Notes under the pieces: model-generated
The model's database searches: none
What the model was told of the DNA's origin: nothing
What the model saw: the letters and a program-made list of their open reading frames with translations, nothing else
Part shown: positions 28,603 through 39,559 of the stretch, in pieces
Position numbering within the stretch: position 1 is the first letter of the stretch
Layout of the letters: each line of letters starts with the position of its first letter
Translations under genes and position numbers: made by a program
Origin: Anaerolineae bacterium
GTDB lineage: Bacteria > Chloroflexota > Anaerolineae > UBA1429
DNA: 64,000 nucleotides
Assembly (NCBI GenBank): GCA_963675785.1
Contig: OY776562.1
Coordinates: forward strand, 1,984,001-2,048,000
Direction: 5' to 3'

Positions 28603-29439
28603 GTGAAGGTGCGCGTCGACCGAGTTGAAGAGAATGTCTATGTTTTTGTGAGTGAGCTATATGCCCAAGTCACGGCTACCGGCGTATTGACCTCTGAAGG
28701 CGCATTTCTGATTGACACCATGCCCTTTCCTTCAGAAACCCGGCAGATCATGGATTTTTTTCAAGAGCGACTAGGGCCTGACAGCATTCGCTATGTGGTA
28801 AATACCCATCACCACGCAGACCATGTCTACGGCAACTGCTTTATCGAGAGCGCAGAAATCGTTGCCCACCAGCGCTGCCGCGAGATCATGGCGCGTGTGG
28901 GCCAGACAAGTCTGAAACGCGCAAAACAAAGTACCCCGGCCCTGGCGGATGTAGAACTCCGCCTTGCCGATATCACCTTTCAGCGAGACCTAAGCCTTAC
29001 TCTAGGTGAAAGCACTGTGGATCTCATGCATATGCCAGGGCATACGCCAGACACGATAGCTGCCTATGTTCGCGAGATCAAGGCGTTGGTGGCCAGTGAC
29101 ACCATCATGCCTATCCCCGTCATCACCTCAGGCTCGCTACCTCAACTTTGCCAAACACTCAAGGCTATATCGCTGTTCGAGCCCGACTTTGTCATCCAGG
29201 GGCACGGTGGTATTCTACTCAAGGGTGAAGTTGAAGAAACGGTCGATTCCAGCATAGCGTATCTTGACACCATTGATGAGCGCGTGCGCGATATCGTCAA
29301 CAACTCGATCTCGCCGAACCACTTGCGTGATATTGACATTGAAGATTGCGGCATTTCCCGCATCCCCCTCGACGGCCTGGTCAACAAGCTGCATCTGCAA
29401 AACCTGGTATCACTCTACGAACGCTACACCAGCACCTAA
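28603..29439 (+). CDS. MBL-fold metallo-hydrolase
   Basis: NTHHHADHVYGN, PGHTPD, IQGHG; upstream TTGACA-17-TATTCT; GTG start 28603 or 28609. Confidence 0.9.
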   Translation: MKVRVDRVEENVYVFVSELYAQVTATGVLTSEGAFLIDTMPFPSETRQIMDFFQERLGPDSIRYVVNTHHHADHVYGNCFIESAEIVAHQRCREIMARVGQTSLKRAKQSTPALADVELRLADITFQRDLSLTLGESTVDLMHMPGHTPDTIAAYVREIKALVASDTIMPIPVITSGSLPQLCQTLKAISLFEPDFVIQGHGGILLKGEVEETVDSSIAYLDTIDERVRDIVNNSISPNHLRDIDIEDCGISRIPLDGLVNKLHLQNLVSLYERYTST

Positions 29440-29454
29440 GTGCGCTTGGTCCCT

Positions 29455-29769
29455 CTATACGCCAAACAGACCTCGTTGCTCGAGTGCATTCTGCAAGCGC
29501 TGCTGTGTGGATATGGGCGCGTTCTCAAGATCTATGCCAGCCTGCCGCAGAATGTCTAACGGATCGACGCCTTCAAACAACTCGGAATGAGAAAGCGTCT
29601 TTAAGGCCGCATCAAGTTCAGCACGCATCACAAAGAGCGCAAAAGTCATCGCCAAGGCATGTTCATAGGGATCAAAACTCCCCTGCGTAGTCTCCGCATA
29701 CGCCACGAGCCCATCTGCGAGCTGCAAGAGATCGTCGCAAAAGTTGATCCGGCCATTTTCCTCGAGCAT
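29455..29769 (-). CDS. Hypothetical protein
   Basis: ORF with RBS-like AGGGGA and helical acidic composition. Confidence 0.5.
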   Translation of the reverse strand: MLEENGRINFCDDLLQLADGLVAYAETTQGSFDPYEHALAMTFALFVMRAELDAALKTLSHSELFEGVDPLDILRQAGIDLENAPISTQQRLQNALEQRGLFGV

Positions 29770-29853
29770 CGCACCATCCCCTTGAGATTTACTGATCCGC
29801 TTTATCGCGATCAAGAATCATGCAATCAATTGCCGGATGTCTACATACAACGC

Positions 29854-30624
29854 TCAGGGCAGAGTTAGAATCTCTGGCTCGCCGTCGGTTATCGCAAGTG
29901 TATGCTCAAAATGGGCGCACAACCCGCCATCACTCGTCGCAACAGTCCAATAATCCGGCTTGACGTACAGATCTGGCGGGCCAATGGTAACCATCGGTTC
30001 CAGGGCAAAGGTCATGCCGCGGCGCAAACGCCGGCCGTGACACGGTGTACCCCAGTTGGGTATCTGCGGGTCTTCGTGCATCTCTCGCCCTACACCATGC
30101 CCGGTATATTCGCGCACCACCTCAAAGCCCTCACCCTCGATATAGGCCTGAATGGCAAACGATATATCCCCAAAGCGATTCCCTACCCGAGACGCCTCTA
30201 TACCGACCAACAAAGCGTGATAGGTTACCTCAAGCAAACGCTGTGCTTCTCGGCTGATTTTACCCACGGCAACGGTTAGGGCCGAATCGCCCACAAAGCC
30301 TTTCCAAACTGTGCCGCAATCAATACTAAAAATCTCGCCCGCACGCAGTTTGCGTTCTCCAGGTATGCCATGCACCAGTTCGTCATCCACACTGGCGTTA
30401 ATCGTGCCGGGATAAGGGTGCCCGGGGAAACTGCCATTCGGGTAATCGAGAAAAGCGGGCTCGGCATCGTGAGAACGAATATAGTCCTCAGCAATTGCAT
30501 CCAACTCGGCTGTCGTCACACCAGGGCGAACCGCCTTGACAACCGCATCAAGCGCTCCCGCATTAATGCGACCCGCTTCACGCATCATGGATACTTCGTT
30601 CGCACTCTTGATAATAATGGCCAT
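29854..30624 (-). CDS. map: Methionine aminopeptidase type I
   Basis: VHGIP, DCG...GDSA, GHGVG...HEDP, EPM, HFEHT. Confidence 0.96.
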   Translation of the reverse strand: MAIIIKSANEVSMMREAGRINAGALDAVVKAVRPGVTTAELDAIAEDYIRSHDAEPAFLDYPNGSFPGHPYPGTINASVDDELVHGIPGERKLRAGEIFSIDCGTVWKGFVGDSALTVAVGKISREAQRLLEVTYHALLVGIEASRVGNRFGDISFAIQAYIEGEGFEVVREYTGHGVGREMHEDPQIPNWGTPCHGRRLRRGMTFALEPMVTIGPPDLYVKPDYWTVATSDGGLCAHFEHTLAITDGEPEILTLP

Positions 30625-30780
30625 CAAGCATCTCCCTAACAATAGTTGGGGAAAGTATACGCACCAAGCCGCTACTTCACAAGCCAGAGGGTTTTTACAG
30701 TATTCTAGCCTTGCATCATTTTGGCAGTCGCCTACAATGCAACCCATCTTTATCGAAATCGTGAAAGGATTGGCAGCAGA

Positions 30781-32040
30781 ATGGCACAGACTACTGAAAC
30801 CCAACACACGGCCTGCGGCGGAGCTATCATCAAGCCGTGGAAAGTTGTCGACATTGACAGAGAGTACGGTGGATGCTGGCTGGTAGCGGGAGATTTGACC
30901 GGAGACGGCGTCCCCGAACTGGTATCGGCGCAAAACTATAACGAAAACGACGTTCACTATACGAGCGCTGTGGCAGCACAGCGGCTGGATGGCAGTGTGC
31001 TGTGGCGCTGGGGGGACCCCACGGTTGGCCGCCGCAAGTTACATCACGATGTGGCCTGCCAGATTCACGATTGGGACGGCAACGGTTGTAACGACGTCAT
31101 TGTAGCTGCTGATGAGTACCTGATCGAGCTGGACGGCGCCACAGGCCAGGAAAAGCGCCGCATTCCCATTCCGGCACAGGCCAGCGATTGCGTTGTCTTT
31201 GCCGATTTCTCCGGCGTTGGCCGCAAGACGGATGTACTGGTCAAGACGCGTTACGGGCAGATCTGGGCCTATAACCAGGCAGGCAACCTTCTCTGGACCG
31301 TCGAAATGCCCGGCGGCTATAAGACGGCTCATCAGCCAGAACCCATTGACATCAACGGCGATGGCCGGGATGAGCTGATGGCGGGTTATGCCATGCTCAA
31401 TCCGAACGGTTCGGTACGCTGGGTATTCGAATCGCAGGTTACCGATCTCTCCCGAGGCCATCTCGATACTATGCGCGTGCTGCGCGCCGGCGAGAACCCT
31501 GAGGACTATCGTTTGGTGATTACCTGCTGCGGTGCCGAGAATATTGCCATGCTGGATGGCTGCGGGAAAGCCGTTTGGGAGTTGCCCGGCAAGCATTTTG
31601 AATCGCTGGATATCGGCCATTTCATTCCCGGTATGCCTGGCCTGCAAATCGCCGTCGATATCGATCATGTTCCCTGGGGCGAAAGCTATATCTGGCTCCT
31701 CGATGAGGGTGGCAAGCAGGTTGGCGAGTTCAAGACCGTCTACAGCCGTACCCATCGCGCGATCAAGTGGGATAAGAGCGGCCTGGATAGATTGGCAGTC
31801 GGGCAACCTCACGCATTCTACGATGCTCAGGGTAACGTCACCGCCACCTTTGAGATGGATGGCCAGGATTATTCTGTACAGGGAAGTCAGGGCATCAAGG
31901 CCATCGTTGGCGACATGACGGGCAACGGTCGGCCAGACTTGATTATAGCCACCGATGATACAGCTTTTATTTACCAGAATACCGAAGGACCGGTGGTCGG
32001 CGGCCCGGTTGGCACGGGGCTGAATTTTACCTGGTACTAG
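30781..32040 (+). CDS. FG-GAP-repeat beta-propeller protein (PL11-like), no signal peptide
   Basis: Repeated DxxGDGxxE/D motifs (DLTGDGVPE, DWDGNGCND, DINGDGRDE, DMTGNGRPD). Confidence 0.7.
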   Translation: MAQTTETQHTACGGAIIKPWKVVDIDREYGGCWLVAGDLTGDGVPELVSAQNYNENDVHYTSAVAAQRLDGSVLWRWGDPTVGRRKLHHDVACQIHDWDGNGCNDVIVAADEYLIELDGATGQEKRRIPIPAQASDCVVFADFSGVGRKTDVLVKTRYGQIWAYNQAGNLLWTVEMPGGYKTAHQPEPIDINGDGRDELMAGYAMLNPNGSVRWVFESQVTDLSRGHLDTMRVLRAGENPEDYRLVITCCGAENIAMLDGCGKAVWELPGKHFESLDIGHFIPGMPGLQIAVDIDHVPWGESYIWLLDEGGKQVGEFKTVYSRTHRAIKWDKSGLDRLAVGQPHAFYDAQGNVTATFEMDGQDYSVQGSQGIKAIVGDMTGNGRPDLIIATDDTAFIYQNTEGPVVGGPVGTGLNFTWY

Positions 32041-32165
32041 TACCCGTTGACCCTCTTGGGGCAACCCTCTATAATGACAGCGTTGAAAACACTGGGGCCT
32101 GTTCTGGCAGGCCCCGCTTTCTGCCAATAATCAGCGGCGATAAGCAGCCTGTGCTATTGAGGTGA

Positions 32166-32810
32166 TTGCCTGTGCAAGCGTTCGAACGCCCCATCCTGGT
32201 GATCGGTGTGGCCGGCGGAACCGGTGCCGGAAAGACGACGATCTCCCACACTATCCTCGATCGTGTGGGGGCTGACCGCATCGCCTATATCCAACACGAT
32301 TCTTATTACCGCGACCTCGGCCATTTGACGATGGACGAGCGTAAAACACGCAATTTTGACCATCCCGACTCTTTAGAGAACGAGTTACTCATCGAGCACT
32401 TGCTCGCCCTGCGTGCAGGCAAATGCGTCGACGTGCCTACCTATGATTTTCTCACCTACACGCGACGGTCAGAAACCGAATGCCTCTGCCCACAACCTAT
32501 CATCCTTGTCGAGGGCATTCTCGTATTTGCGGACCGCGCGCTGCGCGAGTTGATGGACATCAAGATCTATGTCGATGCCGACGCTGATGTACGCCTCATC
32601 CGCCGCCTGGAACGTGATATCGTCGAACGAGGGCGATCGTTCAACTCGGTCATTAGCCAGTATTTGAACACGGTGCGCCCCATGCATCTTGAGTTCGTTG
32701 AACCCAGCAAGCGCTATGCCGACATCATCGTGCCCGAAGGAGGTCGGAACACCGTGGCGCTGGATATGATTTGCGCGCGCATCATCACCCTCTTGGATGG
32801 AGGAGCCTAA
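32166..32810 (+). CDS. udk: Uridine kinase
   Basis: GVAGGTGAGKTT, HDSYY, NFDHPD, RRLERD, EPSKRYADII. Confidence 0.96.
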   Translation: MPVQAFERPILVIGVAGGTGAGKTTISHTILDRVGADRIAYIQHDSYYRDLGHLTMDERKTRNFDHPDSLENELLIEHLLALRAGKCVDVPTYDFLTYTRRSETECLCPQPIILVEGILVFADRALRELMDIKIYVDADADVRLIRRLERDIVERGRSFNSVISQYLNTVRPMHLEFVEPSKRYADIIVPEGGRNTVALDMICARIITLLDGGA

Positions 32811-33951
32811 AGTGCAGCGGGTGCTCTTTGTTGACCACGCAACTGTGCTTGGCGGCGCCGAGCACAGCCTGCTGCTGCTCCTCAAATACCTAAACCGCGA
32901 TCTGATTGAACCCCTTTTGGCGTGCCCGCCCGGCAAACTGGCCGAAAAAGCCCGAGAAGAGCACATCGCCGTCGAATGTATGGAGCTGCCTCGCCTAAGG
33001 CGATCGGCATTGTCCCCGTGGCACCTGTTGCATGGAGCACGGCAATTGGCTCGTTTGGCCCAAAATCAGCATTGCGACTTGGTGTGCAGTAATACCATGC
33101 GTGCCTCTATCTATGCGGCCGCTGCCGCACAGTTTGCCCACAAGCCCTTGCTCTGGTATGTGCGCGATGTCTTTTCTCCCGGGCACTATGTGAGTGCAAT
33201 GACACACCGTGCCGCAAGTATTATCGCCGTTTCGCAGGCTGCGGCAGCCCCTCTGCGAGCAGCGGGGGCTGAGGTTCATGTTATTTACAATGGTATTGAG
33301 TTGGACGCCTTTGGAAGATCATCGGACGTCAGTGTACGCTCAAAATGGGGAATCCCTGCCTACGCCCGTGTGGCGGGCATTGTAGGTCGGGTACGCAATA
33401 TCAAGGGGCAGCATCACTTTATCGAGGCCATCGCCCGCGCCCATCCGCAGAATGGCCATATCTGGGGGGTCATCATCGGCGGCACCCTGTTTGAAGGTGA
33501 AGAAGACTATGTCCCGTCGCTGCACAAGTTAGCCGAACAGCGCGGCGTTCAAGATAGAATCGTTTTTGCTGGCCACACTGATGACGTTCCCCACGCACTG
33601 CTGGGATTGGACATGCTCGTCTCCTGCTCCATCGAACCCGAATCCTTTGGCCGCACTGTGATTGAAGGGATGGCTGGAGGGTTGCCAGTTATCGCTTACA
33701 GCCACGGCGGCCCTTCAGAACTGATTACGGATGGGTGGGATGGCTGGTTGGTAGAGCCACGCAACATCGGTGCCTTGGCTGAGCGAATCGCCCTGCTGGC
33801 CAATGATGCCGAACGCTGCCAAGCTATGGGTGCAAGCGCCCTTGAAACGGCAAAAAAGTATGATATCGGGCCGCTTACCCGGCAAGTGGAAAGAGTCATC
33901 CTGTCCACAATTAATGAGGCGAACCACGAGGAAGTAACGCCATGCGCATAG
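32797..33951 (+). CDS. Glycosyltransferase family 4
   Basis: GGAEHS, KGQHHF, ESFGRTVIEGMA. Confidence 0.93.
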   Translation: MEEPKVQRVLFVDHATVLGGAEHSLLLLLKYLNRDLIEPLLACPPGKLAEKAREEHIAVECMELPRLRRSALSPWHLLHGARQLARLAQNQHCDLVCSNTMRASIYAAAAAQFAHKPLLWYVRDVFSPGHYVSAMTHRAASIIAVSQAAAAPLRAAGAEVHVIYNGIELDAFGRSSDVSVRSKWGIPAYARVAGIVGRVRNIKGQHHFIEAIARAHPQNGHIWGVIIGGTLFEGEEDYVPSLHKLAEQRGVQDRIVFAGHTDDVPHALLGLDMLVSCSIEPESFGRTVIEGMAGGLPVIAYSHGGPSELITDGWDGWLVEPRNIGALAERIALLANDAERCQAMGASALETAKKYDIGPLTRQVERVILSTINEANHEEVTPCA

Positions 33952-35045
33952 GCTTTGATGGGCGCTGCATTCAGGATCATTTCCCGGGTATTGGTCGCTA
34001 TGCCTATAATTTGATCGAGGCCATGACACGCCTTGACCGGGAAGATACCTTTACTGTCTTTGAGGCGGAGGGGGCTGTCAATTCGCGTTTCGATCTTTCC
34101 GCTCTGGCAGAACGCGCCAATGTGCAGCTCGTGCCTGTTTCCTGTTCGTACTTTGGGATCAAACAACACGTCATCATGCCCAGGCTGGCTCATCAATTCG
34201 GTTTCGAGCTGTACCACAGTCCCTATTACATGCGTCCTCTGAATATGCCCTGCTCTGTTGTAACTACCCTGCACGATATTATTCCGCTAGTGGTTCAGGA
34301 TGCTGAACCCAATGTTATGAAAAAAAGTATCTATCGCCAGTGTGTACGAACTGCACTCAAGCGTTCGCAAGAAATTATTGTAGATTCGGCAGCGACACAA
34401 CGTGACGTATTGGCCCAATTTGGTGTTACAAAGAACAAAATAACCATTATCCCACTAGCGGCCGATGTTGCTACCGATGATGCGCCAGAGAGACTGGCTC
34501 GACCTGCCAGCATTGAACGGCCCTTTGTGCTGGCCGTGGGCACAAACAAACCTCACAAGGGGTTGGGGGACCTGGTCAAAGCCTGGCAAACGCTGCCCTC
34601 CTCGTTGCGAGATGCCTACCAGTTGGTGCTGGCCGGGCCGCGCCTACCGGGAGAGAGCGCTCTGCCATCTGGAGAAGCAACGAATTCCATCGTCGAAACA
34701 GGAGCCGTATCAGAAGCAATACTAGATTGGCTCTATGAACATGCCGAGTTGTTTGTCTTTCCCTCATATTATGAGGGATTTGGCCTGCCAGTGTTGGAAG
34801 CCATGATCCACAGCACACCTGTACTGGCTCGGGAAAATGTCACTTCGCGCGAAGTGGCCAGCGATGCTGCCGCTTATTTTACTGGGGATGCATTGGCTTT
34901 GAGCATCGAATCGCTAATGCTAGACGAAGCCCAGCGGTACGCCTTGGCCCAAGCAGGAAGAGAACGCGCCCGGCAATTCAGCTGGGAAGAAACAGCCAGA
35001 CGGACATTGGATGTTTACAGACGGGCGGTAATCACCTTTACATGA
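33942..35045 (+). CDS. Glycosyltransferase family 4 (mannosyltransferase-like)
   Basis: GIGRY, TLHDIIP, PSYYEGFGLPVLEAM, FSWEETA. Confidence 0.93.
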   Translation: MRIGFDGRCIQDHFPGIGRYAYNLIEAMTRLDREDTFTVFEAEGAVNSRFDLSALAERANVQLVPVSCSYFGIKQHVIMPRLAHQFGFELYHSPYYMRPLNMPCSVVTTLHDIIPLVVQDAEPNVMKKSIYRQCVRTALKRSQEIIVDSAATQRDVLAQFGVTKNKITIIPLAADVATDDAPERLARPASIERPFVLAVGTNKPHKGLGDLVKAWQTLPSSLRDAYQLVLAGPRLPGESALPSGEATNSIVETGAVSEAILDWLYEHAELFVFPSYYEGFGLPVLEAMIHSTPVLARENVTSREVASDAAAYFTGDALALSIESLMLDEAQRYALAQAGRERARQFSWEETARRTLDVYRRAVITFT

Positions 35046-36160
35046 AGATTCTGCATGTCTATAAGGACTATGCTATTGCAGGCGGCATAGAAAACCACAT
35101 ACGCCTGGTGGCAGAACGGCAAGTTGCCGCCGGTCATGACGTTACTGTGTTAGTCACCAACGACAATCGACATACTGTGAGAGAGGTCTTGAACGGCGTT
35201 AAGGTGATCAAAGCAGGACGCCTCGTCAAGATCGCATCCACGCCGATCAGCACGGCTATTTGCCGAGAGATAAACCGACAACACCCGGATATCACCCACT
35301 TGCACTTTCCCTACCCCGTTGGCGAAACGGCCAGTCTGTTTTGCGGTCATGGCCCCACCGTCATGACTTACCATAGCGATGTCATTCGCCAGAAACGCTT
35401 CTTGGCTCTGTATAAACCTTTGATGATGCGTGTCCTCACCAAAGCCGAATACTTGATAGCAACCAGCCCGCAATACATTGAGAGTTCACCAGTACTCAGC
35501 CAGATGCAAGCTAAATGTGTTGCCATACCCCTGTGCATCGAGACCACGCGATTCCGTGCGCCCCATCCCCAAGCAACGATTCTGCGCCAAGACTGGGCGG
35601 GCTCACCCACTATACTGTTCGTTGGTCTGCTGCGCTATTACAAGGGACTAGAATATCTCCTCCAAGCTATGTGCGAGGTAGATGCACGACTGGTCATCGT
35701 AGGCGTGGGAGATCTGGAAGGCGAGCTAAAAACGCTAACCCACAATCTGCGCTTGGAAGACAAAGTGACCTTTGCCGGCGAAATCAGCGACGCACTGTTG
35801 CCGGCCTATTATCAAGCAGCCGACATCTTTTGTTTGCCCGCCTGCGCGCGTAGCGAGGCTTTTGGCATTGTGCAACTGGAAGCGCTCGCCGCTGGTTTGC
35901 CCATTGTCAGCACAGAACTGGGCACCGGTACGAGTTATGTCAATAAGCATGACGTGTCGGGCCTAGTGGTTGCGCCGCGTGATTCGGCAGCATTGGCGCG
36001 CGCACTGCAACAATTGGTGCAAAACAAAGAGCAGCGCCGACGCCTGGCCAGCGGCGCTGCTCTACGCTCTGACGAATTTGATGTCAATATCATGATGCAG
36101 CGTATCGATGATGTCTATCACCAAGCACTGGCCCAATGGGCCAAGCCCACAGCCCCTTAA
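35042..36160 (+). CDS. Glycosyltransferase family 4
   Basis: GGIE, HFPYP, YYKGL, RSEAFGIVQLEA. Confidence 0.93.
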   Translation: MKILHVYKDYAIAGGIENHIRLVAERQVAAGHDVTVLVTNDNRHTVREVLNGVKVIKAGRLVKIASTPISTAICREINRQHPDITHLHFPYPVGETASLFCGHGPTVMTYHSDVIRQKRFLALYKPLMMRVLTKAEYLIATSPQYIESSPVLSQMQAKCVAIPLCIETTRFRAPHPQATILRQDWAGSPTILFVGLLRYYKGLEYLLQAMCEVDARLVIVGVGDLEGELKTLTHNLRLEDKVTFAGEISDALLPAYYQAADIFCLPACARSEAFGIVQLEALAAGLPIVSTELGTGTSYVNKHDVSGLVVAPRDSAALARALQQLVQNKEQRRRLASGAALRSDEFDVNIMMQRIDDVYHQALAQWAKPTAP

Positions 36161-36184
36161 CCCAGATCCCAACAAACCCGGAGA

Positions 36185-39100
36185 ATGCGAATGAAAACCC
36201 GTATCAGCGCCTTTTGCGATACTATCCTTGAAGCAGGATGGTTGCTAGCACTCGTGCTGGTGCCGCTATTTTTTAACTTGTTCTCCAGTCGCGTATTCGA
36301 GCCGGACAAAATCGCCCTTCTTCGCTCTATTGCCACATTGATGGCTGTGGCCTTGCTAACCAAATGGATTGAAGAGACAGAAAAGGGTTCGCTACGCAAG
36401 CGCCTGGCTAGCACAGTGCGCAAACCGCTGGTTTTACCTGCCCTATTGATAGCTATTGCCTACTTGGTGGCAACCGTATTCTCGGTATCACCACGTATCA
36501 GTTTGTGGGGGTCTTATCAGCGGCTGCAGGGAACCTACACCTGGTTCAGTTATTTGGTCATATTCGCTTCGCTGCTGACCAGCCTACGCAAACGCGAACA
36601 GCTCGACCGATTGCTGAATACTATTATTCTGGCCAGCCTGCCAGTGGCGCTATATGGTATTGTTCAACACTATCAGCTCGATCCTCTGCCCTGGGGCGGC
36701 GATGTGACCTACCGCGTGGCAGCCAACATGGGTAACGCCATCTTTGTGGCTGCCTACCTAATCATGGCCATCCCGCTCACCCTCAGCCGAATGATGGCCT
36801 TGAACCAGGAAAATGCTGCTGATACCCCCACTTTCAAGTTTTTGCGCCTCACCACCCTGCTGCTCGTAGCGGTACAAACGATCATCTGGTCGGTAGGCGG
36901 TTTTTGGTGGGGCCTGTTTGGCGGGCTGGCTGGCATCATCGTCTGTTGGTTCATCGCCGAACGGCGTAGTTTGCCAACAGCAACACTGTTGCTCATTGGC
37001 GCTTTTAGTTGGACATTATCGGCTCAGCTCACCTGCGTGTTCTATTCTCAAAGCCGCGGCCCCTGGTTGGGTCTGGTTGCCGGATTGGCTCTATTCACCC
37101 TGCTGTTGGCTCACACCAAAGGCTGGCGCAAGGGACTCTACATTGTGCTGGCCGTAACCCTACTGCTGGGCAGTGTGCTTGGCTGGTTGAACCTCTCTCA
37201 AAGCGCTCTAGCCGAACGCATCCGTGAGGTACCTTATGTGGGCCGCCTTGGTGAACTGTTGTCAGTGGAGAGCGGAACGGGCAAAGTGCGCGTCTTGATT
37301 TGGGAGGGCGCCGTAGAGATGGTTTTTGACGACCCGATGCGCACGCTGGTGGGATACGGGCCTGAAACCATGTACGTCGCCTATCCACCCTTTTACAATC
37401 CCGATCTTGCCCACTATGAATCGCGTAATGCCACGCCCGATCGCTCGCATAACGAAATGTTCGATGCCCTGATCACCACAGGGTTGGTTGGCTTTGCGGC
37501 TTATATCCTGCTCTTTATGAGCGTCTTTTATGTGGCGCTCAAGTGGTTGGGCCTAGTGCCAGACAAAAAGCGCCGCAATCTGCTCATCACCCTGCTGTGC
37601 GCCAGCGGTGCCCTGGGCATCGCGCTTCCCCTGCTCATCGATGGCAGCCTGCGCTACATGGGCGTGGGGGTACCCCTTGCCCTGTTGGCGGGAATCGGCA
37701 TTTATGTGCTGATCGTCACCTTGAAGAAAACCCAAGTCGAACAGCCCGTATCTCTAGACTCCTGGCACGTAACCCTGATCATCGGTATTCTCGCGGCTAT
37801 CACAGCTCACTGGGTAGAGATTCACCTAGGCATCGCCATCGTCTCCACGCGTATCATGTTCTGGGCGCTAGCCGGTGTGTTGGTTGCCGTGGGAACAGGG
37901 TCTATTACCGAAGCGCAGGTCATGCCTACACCCAGGGCCAAGGCCAGAGCACGCAAAAGCTCCCATCGCGAGCAAGAACACAATGGTGGTGTATTGGCCG
38001 GCATATTGAGCGGCGCCATTGGCTGCATATTGATTTGGGATTATGTCACCAACCCAGACGGGCTCTCTGATCCCATCTCGGTGCTGTGGCAATCGTTTAC
38101 GACCATGACAGCTAGCCAGCAGCCTGAAGTGACGAACCTCGCCATTCTGGGTCTTATCATTGTCAGTGTTTGCACTGCTATTCTCGTTCTGGTGGCACAG
38201 GCGAAAGCACAAAAGAACGTACTTCAGGCTAGTTGGGGTAAGAGCCTGGGCACAGCGGCGGCTATCGCCCTGATTGTCATGCTCGCTTATGGCTTGCTGC
38301 ACGCCTCCAGCCTAGATACGCGCGAATCGCTGCATAACCTCATTTATGGCTTTGCCGCGCTAATGCTGGGCTTTTGGATATTGCTCGCCGCGGCACTCTG
38401 GAACAAGAACGAAAAACTACAAACAACAAGCAGGTCCGCTTTATCCTATATCAGCATTCCCTTGCTGATAGGCGCGCTGTTCTTTTGCAGTAGCCAGAAC
38501 CTGTCCAATATCAAAGCTGATGTCATCTACAAAGAAGGCTTACGCTATGATTCGGCAGAACTTTGGGAAGAGGCAGCTGGCATTTACGCCGAGGCCATAG
38601 AGCTGAACCCAATCGAGGACTACTATATGCTGTTCGAGGGTCGGGCTCTGTTGCAGATAGCTACTGAGGCAACAGATTCGGCGACTCGGGAGAGCTATTT
38701 CACGCAAGCATTGGCTTCTCTACAAAATGCGACCGATACGGCGCCGTTGAACCCGGATCATGCAGCCAATATCGCACGGCTTTACTCCCGCTGGGCTGCG
38801 GTGACCACGGATTCTGAGTTGCTGCAAGAAAGGCGAGGATTATCCGTTCAATACTATGAAAAAGCCTCCGAGCTCAGCCCCAATAATGTGGGCCTGCTGA
38901 ATGAGTGGGCCATTGCCCTGGCCGAACTAGAACGTTATGACGAAGCCATGGCATTGCTTGACCATTCATTGGCGCTCGACCCTATCTACACCGAGACTTA
39001 TCAGGCTATCGGTGAGCTGTACTACCGTCAACAGGCCTGGAGCGAAGCCCTAAGCTATTATGAACAAGCCGCCAGCGGAGATGAAACGAATGCAGCACTG

Positions 39101-39559
39101 GTGACAGCTGTGGCCCATTGCTATGCCAACTTGGAACAGTGGGAGACGGCTACCGAGTGGTATTCTCGTACGGTCGAACTCTCACCCGAATCGGCCCAGG
39201 CTTGGCTCTATCTGGGCAACAGTCAGGAGAATGCTGGCGATCTGCAAGGAGCAGAAGCTTCGTACCTGCAGGCGAATACGCTGGCATCTGGCTCTGAGAC
39301 TGTGCTGCGAAGACTCGTTTCCACTAGCATCCAACTAAATGATCTGACCACTGCAGAATCGGCACTGTTGCAGCTGGCGGCAGTGGTACCTGATGACTGG
39401 ACCGTATATCACGATCTAGCCATCGTTTACAGCGAACAAGGGCGAATCGATGAGGCCCTGGCCCAAATCGATACAGCCCTCTCATTAGCCTCAGGATCAG
39501 ACTTGGAACGCCTTCAAACGCTCCAGAGCGAGATACTAGTCCAGGAGGATACCCCATGA
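36185..39559 (+). CDS. O-antigen ligase (Wzy_C)-like membrane protein with C-terminal TPR repeats
   Basis: SQSRGPWLG, RVLIWEGA...GYGPE, DRSHNEMFD..TTG; many TMs; TPR array. Confidence 0.88.
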   Translation: MRMKTRISAFCDTILEAGWLLALVLVPLFFNLFSSRVFEPDKIALLRSIATLMAVALLTKWIEETEKGSLRKRLASTVRKPLVLPALLIAIAYLVATVFSVSPRISLWGSYQRLQGTYTWFSYLVIFASLLTSLRKREQLDRLLNTIILASLPVALYGIVQHYQLDPLPWGGDVTYRVAANMGNAIFVAAYLIMAIPLTLSRMMALNQENAADTPTFKFLRLTTLLLVAVQTIIWSVGGFWWGLFGGLAGIIVCWFIAERRSLPTATLLLIGAFSWTLSAQLTCVFYSQSRGPWLGLVAGLALFTLLLAHTKGWRKGLYIVLAVTLLLGSVLGWLNLSQSALAERIREVPYVGRLGELLSVESGTGKVRVLIWEGAVEMVFDDPMRTLVGYGPETMYVAYPPFYNPDLAHYESRNATPDRSHNEMFDALITTGLVGFAAYILLFMSVFYVALKWLGLVPDKKRRNLLITLLCASGALGIALPLLIDGSLRYMGVGVPLALLAGIGIYVLIVTLKKTQVEQPVSLDSWHVTLIIGILAAITAHWVEIHLGIAIVSTRIMFWALAGVLVAVGTGSITEAQVMPTPRAKARARKSSHREQEHNGGVLAGILSGAIGCILIWDYVTNPDGLSDPISVLWQSFTTMTASQQPEVTNLAILGLIIVSVCTAILVLVAQAKAQKNVLQASWGKSLGTAAAIALIVMLAYGLLHASSLDTRESLHNLIYGFAALMLGFWILLAAALWNKNEKLQTTSRSALSYISIPLLIGALFFCSSQNLSNIKADVIYKEGLRYDSAELWEEAAGIYAEAIELNPIEDYYMLFEGRALLQIATEATDSATRESYFTQALASLQNATDTAPLNPDHAANIARLYSRWAAVTTDSELLQERRGLSVQYYEKASELSPNNVGLLNEWAIALAELERYDEAMALLDHSLALDPIYTETYQAIGELYYRQQAWSEALSYYEQAASGDETNAALVTAVAHCYANLEQWETATEWYSRTVELSPESAQAWLYLGNSQENAGDLQGAEASYLQANTLASGSETVLRRLVSTSIQLNDLTTAESALLQLAAVVPDDWTVYHDLAIVYSEQGRIDEALAQIDTALSLASGSDLERLQTLQSEILVQEDTP